Origin: Candidatus Heimdallarchaeota archaeon
GTDB taxonomy: Archaea; Asgardarchaeota; Heimdallarchaeia; Heimdallarchaeales; Heimdallarchaeaceae
Assembly (NCBI GenBank): GCA_016840095.1
Contig: JAEOSZ010000099.1
Coordinates: 1-64,000, forward strand
Length of the DNA stretch: 64,000 nt
Direction of reading: 5' to 3'
This document shows positions 59,896-64,000 of this stretch, one piece after another; position 1 is the stretch's first letter; every line of letters starts with the position of its first letter. Both the position numbers and the translations under genes were made by a program. The notes beneath the pieces were generated by a model, which was given only the letters and a program-made list of their open reading frames with translations, was not told the origin of the DNA and searched no databases.

Positions 59896-60594
59896 CTAAC
59901 TACCATTTTCAAGAATTTCTTTAAGAGTTTTATATCTTCCACATGATTTATCATTTTCAGGGCAATATCCATAAAAATCACAATAAGCACCTAAATCTTT
60001 GAAAATCAGTGGTGATACTTTTTGAGCTTCTTCTAACATAATTTCTGCTAAACGACGGATTTCCCATTGGCTGCAAAGGCAAAGCCGTTGGACAAAGAAA
60101 TCTACTAAAGAATGTGCATTCATTGATACAATCAGTTGAGTTGTTGTTGCTCCTGGAAGAATAAATCTTGCATCCTCCTTAGGAATACCACCATCTACCA
60201 TCTCTTGGTAAAGATCACTACATTCTTCTAGTTTTTTGTTGTAGTGCTCAATGAACGTCGATTTCTTTATTGTCTCTGGAATTACAGCTTTGAAATTTTT
60301 TGCATCAACATATCTCTGTGACTGTTGTGAATAACTTGCAATTCGTTTTCTTACTAGTTGATGGCTTGCTACTCTGCTTAATCCTGAAACATAAAATACA
60401 TAGACATTATGTTCTAAAATTGATAGATGTCCATTTTTAACGATTTTACTTAAATATTCTGCAGGTTTTCTTTCAGCATCTGATCGTATCTCTTCATAAT
60501 CATGGCCACCTGAATAACAAATAGCAGCCGCCATTTTTGCAATCAAATCAGTTTCCTTTGGATAAGAAATCAGCTTTACTTGAATGTTTATCAC
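59896..60594 (-). CDS. thyX: Flavin-dependent thymidylate synthase
   Basis: GHLSILEH, SRVASHQLVRKRIASYSQQSQRY, EDARFILP, SQWEIR. Confidence 0.95.
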   Translation of the reverse strand: MINIQVKLISYPKETDLIAKMAAAICYSGGHDYEEIRSDAERKPAEYLSKIVKNGHLSILEHNVYVFYVSGLSRVASHQLVRKRIASYSQQSQRYVDAKNFKAVIPETIKKSTFIEHYNKKLEECSDLYQEMVDGGIPKEDARFILPGATTTQLIVSMNAHSLVDFFVQRLCLCSQWEIRRLAEIMLEEAQKVSPLIFKDLGAYCDFYGYCPENDKSCGRYKTLKEILENGS

Positions 60595-61046
60595 TTCCGA
60601 TTTGCTATACTCTCAGTTGAGATATGTTAACCATTTGTTGATTCAAGTGAGTAGTATATGAGTGAATGTATGACATTCCTTCACTATTCGTTTTGTTGAT
60701 GATGTATCGACTTTATTGATTGAAGTAAAGTATTATTCATTTACTTCTAAGTATTTTGTTTTAGTGTTTTTTCAGACTTTTAGGAATATCTTACTTCATT
60801 AATATTATCAGTAAAATCATATATTAACCCAAAAACCTAACTTTGAAATGATATCTTTTTATACGATGGTGACGCTTTTCCCTCTCAAAGTCTGAAGATA
60901 TGAATTTTAGAGGTTCTAATTTTCTCGAAGCCAATGGCCATTTTGCAAGTATTTATATCGCAAAAAGTTTTTGAATAATGTAGGAGTATAGAGTCATTAG
61001 GGTAACCATCGGTACTCTTGATGCTTTATAATCACGAGGAAAGAAG

Positions 61047-64000
61047 ATGTCAGAAAGTAAAGACTCGGCACAGAGTGTTAGAAAATTAAAAGAGGGAGTC
61101 AAACTAAAAACAAAACCTGCTGTCGTTCCTAAGTATAGAAAAATTAAGTCAGGAAGGACTAAATTACCTATGGCAGCTATGATGCCTAAAGGTATAACAG
61201 TGTGGAACATTATTTTTTCTACTCTGTTTCTTGGTCTTTTAGTTACAACAATTGTTAATTCTTATTTCATAGAATTTCTCTCAATTCCATTGCCAGATCT
61301 GTTTCTGAAGTATCTCATTCCTGTAGCTCTAATTATAGAAGTCTTTTTAGTTTTGATTGCTTTTGAAGCAAAAGCAATTTCTTTTCCAAAAATACACACA
61401 AGACATAGTGTGAAAAGAATAATGGTTGTAGGATTTATTATAGGATCATTATTAGTATCATTCTTTACTCCTTATTTTAATTTAATTGGAAAATATCGTG
61501 ATTTACCTCCTGGAGAAATAACTCCTATGAATACAAATCCATCATGGTTTAATTCAATATTTACAGGAGATGCTCCATTTTACATTGATGGTATTTTAGA
61601 TCTTTTAGATAATATGGATCTAGACCCTGATCTTGATATTGATGTTATAGCACATGTGAACGCAAATAATGGTACATTAGGTGATTATCTTTACAGATGG
61701 GATATACGGGAATATTATCAAGCAAGTTCATGGGATTTTATTGAAACGAGTGGGGACACTAGATTTGATGTTCCTTCCGCATATTATAACCCAGATAACC
61801 AGATAGATAAACCAGGAGATTATCATGAATTAGATATTACTCAACTAGTATATAGTGTCCAAACAGCTCTTCTTACTCAATTGATATCTCCATGGAGTAA
61901 TAATTACAATAAACCATTTTTGACCAATGATTTGAACTGGACTGATAATCTCTATAATGAAAATGGGACTGCTGCTGTAGATGGAACAGTCAGTGTAAAA
62001 CATAATCTCAATAATATGTTATCACTAAAAGCTACAACCAATCAAATAGGTTTTTTTGGTAATTTTAGCTACCAAACTCACTTTGTTAGTGATGATAATA
62101 TATCAGCTATAATAGCTGACTCAATTGATTATAACAACCCAGCACTTTATTCTAGCTGGTTTAATTCAACATATGCACGATTCCTCCAGAAACCCTTAAA
62201 TTACAAAACAATTTCTCCTGGTGTTGCTGCATATGCTGCAGCTGCTTCTGCTTATGGAAAAACAAATGGCCATTCAACATATCAACAGACTACATATATT
62301 TTAGAGAAAATCGTATCAGATTTTGGTTTACCTACTGCTGATGGTGGTGATAATAATGGACAAGATAGAGCTCAGCTTCTTATTGATGGCTTAGATTCTT
62401 CAGCTTCTGCTTATATTGCACTAGCAATTATGACCTTAAGATTAAATAATATACCCTGTCGTCCAGTGATAGGTTTTGCTTTAGGAGATGGAAGTGCAAC
62501 AAGCAGAACTCTCTCTTTGAGTGAAAATCTATATGCTTGGGTAGAAGCTCTTGTACCAGTAGACAATGGTGCAGGTGGAATAGCATATAAATGGGGCCAG
62601 TATCAAATGGGTCCCTATATTGATGAAGATACAAGCACATTACACTATTGTGAAAATACGTTGTATTCCTCATTCGATATAGACATAGCAATGTTTGGTG
62701 AACCGCTTTTATATCTCCCAGTTATTCAGCAAGATTTAGGTGGTGGTCAATATGTGTATATCAATGATTATGGTAGAAATTACACTCTAAGAGCAACAGT
62801 ATCAGATGACACAGGTTTAGTAGAAGGTGCAACGGTTAACTATGCAACGGTAACGGCAGGTCAACTTCAAACATATCAAACTAATCCTGCTGCATTATTG
62901 GCCGTAGCAAACAATATAGGAACGGCAATAACGGATGTTTCAGGGGTTGCAGAACTGTATTCGGTATGGAATCCTCTTGTGTATGATATTTACAATCCAA
63001 GTAACCCATTAGGAACAGCTTACGTGTTGTTGGCGTATGTAACCTTACTTTCAACAAATTACACAGGTTTTATTATCGTACCAACGGGATATCTTACAGG
63101 TGTAAGTATTAATGCTACACAAGAAACTATTCCAAATCCAAGTCCACCTCCTGTAGGTGTATTTGATTTATTCTTAGTGCAAAGAGGAGTTCAATATCAG
63201 ATTTCAACTGAATTATTTGAAGACGAAAATCTTACAATTCCTCTTGAAGGTCGTTTAGTTACCTATTACATTTTGGATGAAAATGAGAAAAATGATCTGC
63301 TATTAGGAACATTGGATCCAGCAACTCTAAGAGTCTTAGGACAGGAATTAACTGATTCCAATGGTAATACAACCATTAATACGATGCAAGGATCAACAAG
63401 CATCTTCTCAACATTAACTCCTCAAGTGACTCCTGGTGCAGTCTACTACATCGCTGCAATATTCGGTCAGAATTACACTTTTACGATTATACTTTATTTT
63501 GATGGAAAATACTCAACTGTAGATTCCAGTGACTATTTCCACAATAAGGGAACTGATGGGGAATTCTTTACTCCAGATGTAGATATTTATCTATACCAAG
63601 AACCTCCAGGTGGATTACCAAGTCCAATGATTGGTGAAGATGTTGAAGTATGGTTAGTAAAACAATCAATATATGATGCAGCAGATACAACAGATTCAAC
63701 TACTTTGAGAGCTGATTTAGTAGCTGCTAGTATTGCAGAACCATATGGGGCAAATATTGTTGCTACTGGTACAACTGATGTAAATGGTTTCTATAATACA
63801 ACCCTCAATGTGAATGTAACGCAATATGGTCCAAGTTTCTATAGACTTGTAGTGTTATATTTAGACACGTGGAATATTTCATCACAAATAACGATTACTT
63901 TCCCACCGGCATATATGAGCTATTCAATGGTGATAACTGAATCTTCAGAACCCACTCAAATTCTCTTAATTTATAACATTAGAGAGTATATGCCTCATGT
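61047..64000 (+). CDS. Large membrane-anchored protein: three N-terminal TMs, inactive transglutaminase-like domain, Ig-like repeats (runs off window)
   Basis: Not in ORF track. GAGG RBS, ATG 61047, open to the window end (>984 aa). LRLNNIPCRPVIGF...YAWVE; repeats GTAITDVSG, GQELTDSNG, ATGTTDVNG; many N-x-S/T sequons. Confidence 0.88.
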   Translation, partial: MSESKDSAQSVRKLKEGVKLKTKPAVVPKYRKIKSGRTKLPMAAMMPKGITVWNIIFSTLFLGLLVTTIVNSYFIEFLSIPLPDLFLKYLIPVALIIEVFLVLIAFEAKAISFPKIHTRHSVKRIMVVGFIIGSLLVSFFTPYFNLIGKYRDLPPGEITPMNTNPSWFNSIFTGDAPFYIDGILDLLDNMDLDPDLDIDVIAHVNANNGTLGDYLYRWDIREYYQASSWDFIETSGDTRFDVPSAYYNPDNQIDKPGDYHELDITQLVYSVQTALLTQLISPWSNNYNKPFLTNDLNWTDNLYNENGTAAVDGTVSVKHNLNNMLSLKATTNQIGFFGNFSYQTHFVSDDNISAIIADSIDYNNPALYSSWFNSTYARFLQKPLNYKTISPGVAAYAAAASAYGKTNGHSTYQQTTYILEKIVSDFGLPTADGGDNNGQDRAQLLIDGLDSSASAYIALAIMTLRLNNIPCRPVIGFALGDGSATSRTLSLSENLYAWVEALVPVDNGAGGIAYKWGQYQMGPYIDEDTSTLHYCENTLYSSFDIDIAMFGEPLLYLPVIQQDLGGGQYVYINDYGRNYTLRATVSDDTGLVEGATVNYATVTAGQLQTYQTNPAALLAVANNIGTAITDVSGVAELYSVWNPLVYDIYNPSNPLGTAYVLLAYVTLLSTNYTGFIIVPTGYLTGVSINATQETIPNPSPPPVGVFDLFLVQRGVQYQISTELFEDENLTIPLEGRLVTYYILDENEKNDLLLGTLDPATLRVLGQELTDSNGNTTINTMQGSTSIFSTLTPQVTPGAVYYIAAIFGQNYTFTIILYFDGKYSTVDSSDYFHNKGTDGEFFTPDVDIYLYQEPPGGLPSPMIGEDVEVWLVKQSIYDAADTTDSTTLRADLVAASIAEPYGANIVATGTTDVNGFYNTTLNVNVTQYGPSFYRLVVLYLDTWNISSQITITFPPAYMSYSMVITESSEPTQILLIYNIREYMPH

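Noticed and set aside
60600-61040. Short hairpins in the 450-bp thyX intergenic region (AGTGAA/TTCACT; GAAGTAAA/TTTACTTC)
   Set aside because: AT-rich 6-8 bp stems are expected by chance; no riboswitch or ncRNA signature recognised.
5036-62691. Many 60-157 aa ORFs nested in or antisense to longer genes (e.g. 6503..6811, 20055..20528, 43627..43992, 51364..51753, 60953..61210, 62428..62691)
   Set aside because: They overlap well-supported genes, lack RBS and motifs, and have the Ser/Phe/Ile-rich composition typical of antisense frames.
1-64000. CRISPR array, rRNA, transposase/integrase, selenocysteine read-through
   Set aside because: No spaced repeats, no long GC-rich RNA stretch, no recombinase motifs, and no gene interrupted by an in-frame TGA was seen.

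Overview
AT-rich, gene-dense archaeal chromosome segment. It is almost certainly from an Asgard archaeon, possibly Heimdallarchaeia; this is inferred from gene content. Core genes include aEF-1beta, ArcS/RaSEA, RibK/RibL, GGPP synthase, UppS, GPN GTPase, Trm5, FEN1, Cdc48, CofE and ThyX. Eukaryotic-signature-like genes are interleaved: three longin-type proteins, roadblock proteins (one dynein-light-chain-like and paired with an MglA-type GTPase), a Rab-like GTPase, a double V4R/TRAPP-like protein, a C2-like protein and a SNAP/TPR-like protein. There are two tRNA-Lys genes, one with two BHB introns, and a decayed tRNA 3' fragment bounding a small islet. The right end holds a tightly coupled membrane operon (PrsW-zinc ribbon, Cys-motif membrane protein, DUF4129, DUF4350, MoxR, DUF58, membrane protein). 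Beyond thyX lies a >984-aa surface protein, absent from the ORF track, whose transglutaminase-like domain has lost all three catalytic residues. The left end holds a coiled-coil/ArsR operon, partly missing from the ORF track, whose promoter is covered by repeated TACAGA-N2-TCTGTA boxes. No CRISPR array, rRNA or transposase was seen. All family calls come from reading motifs by eye, not from database searches.
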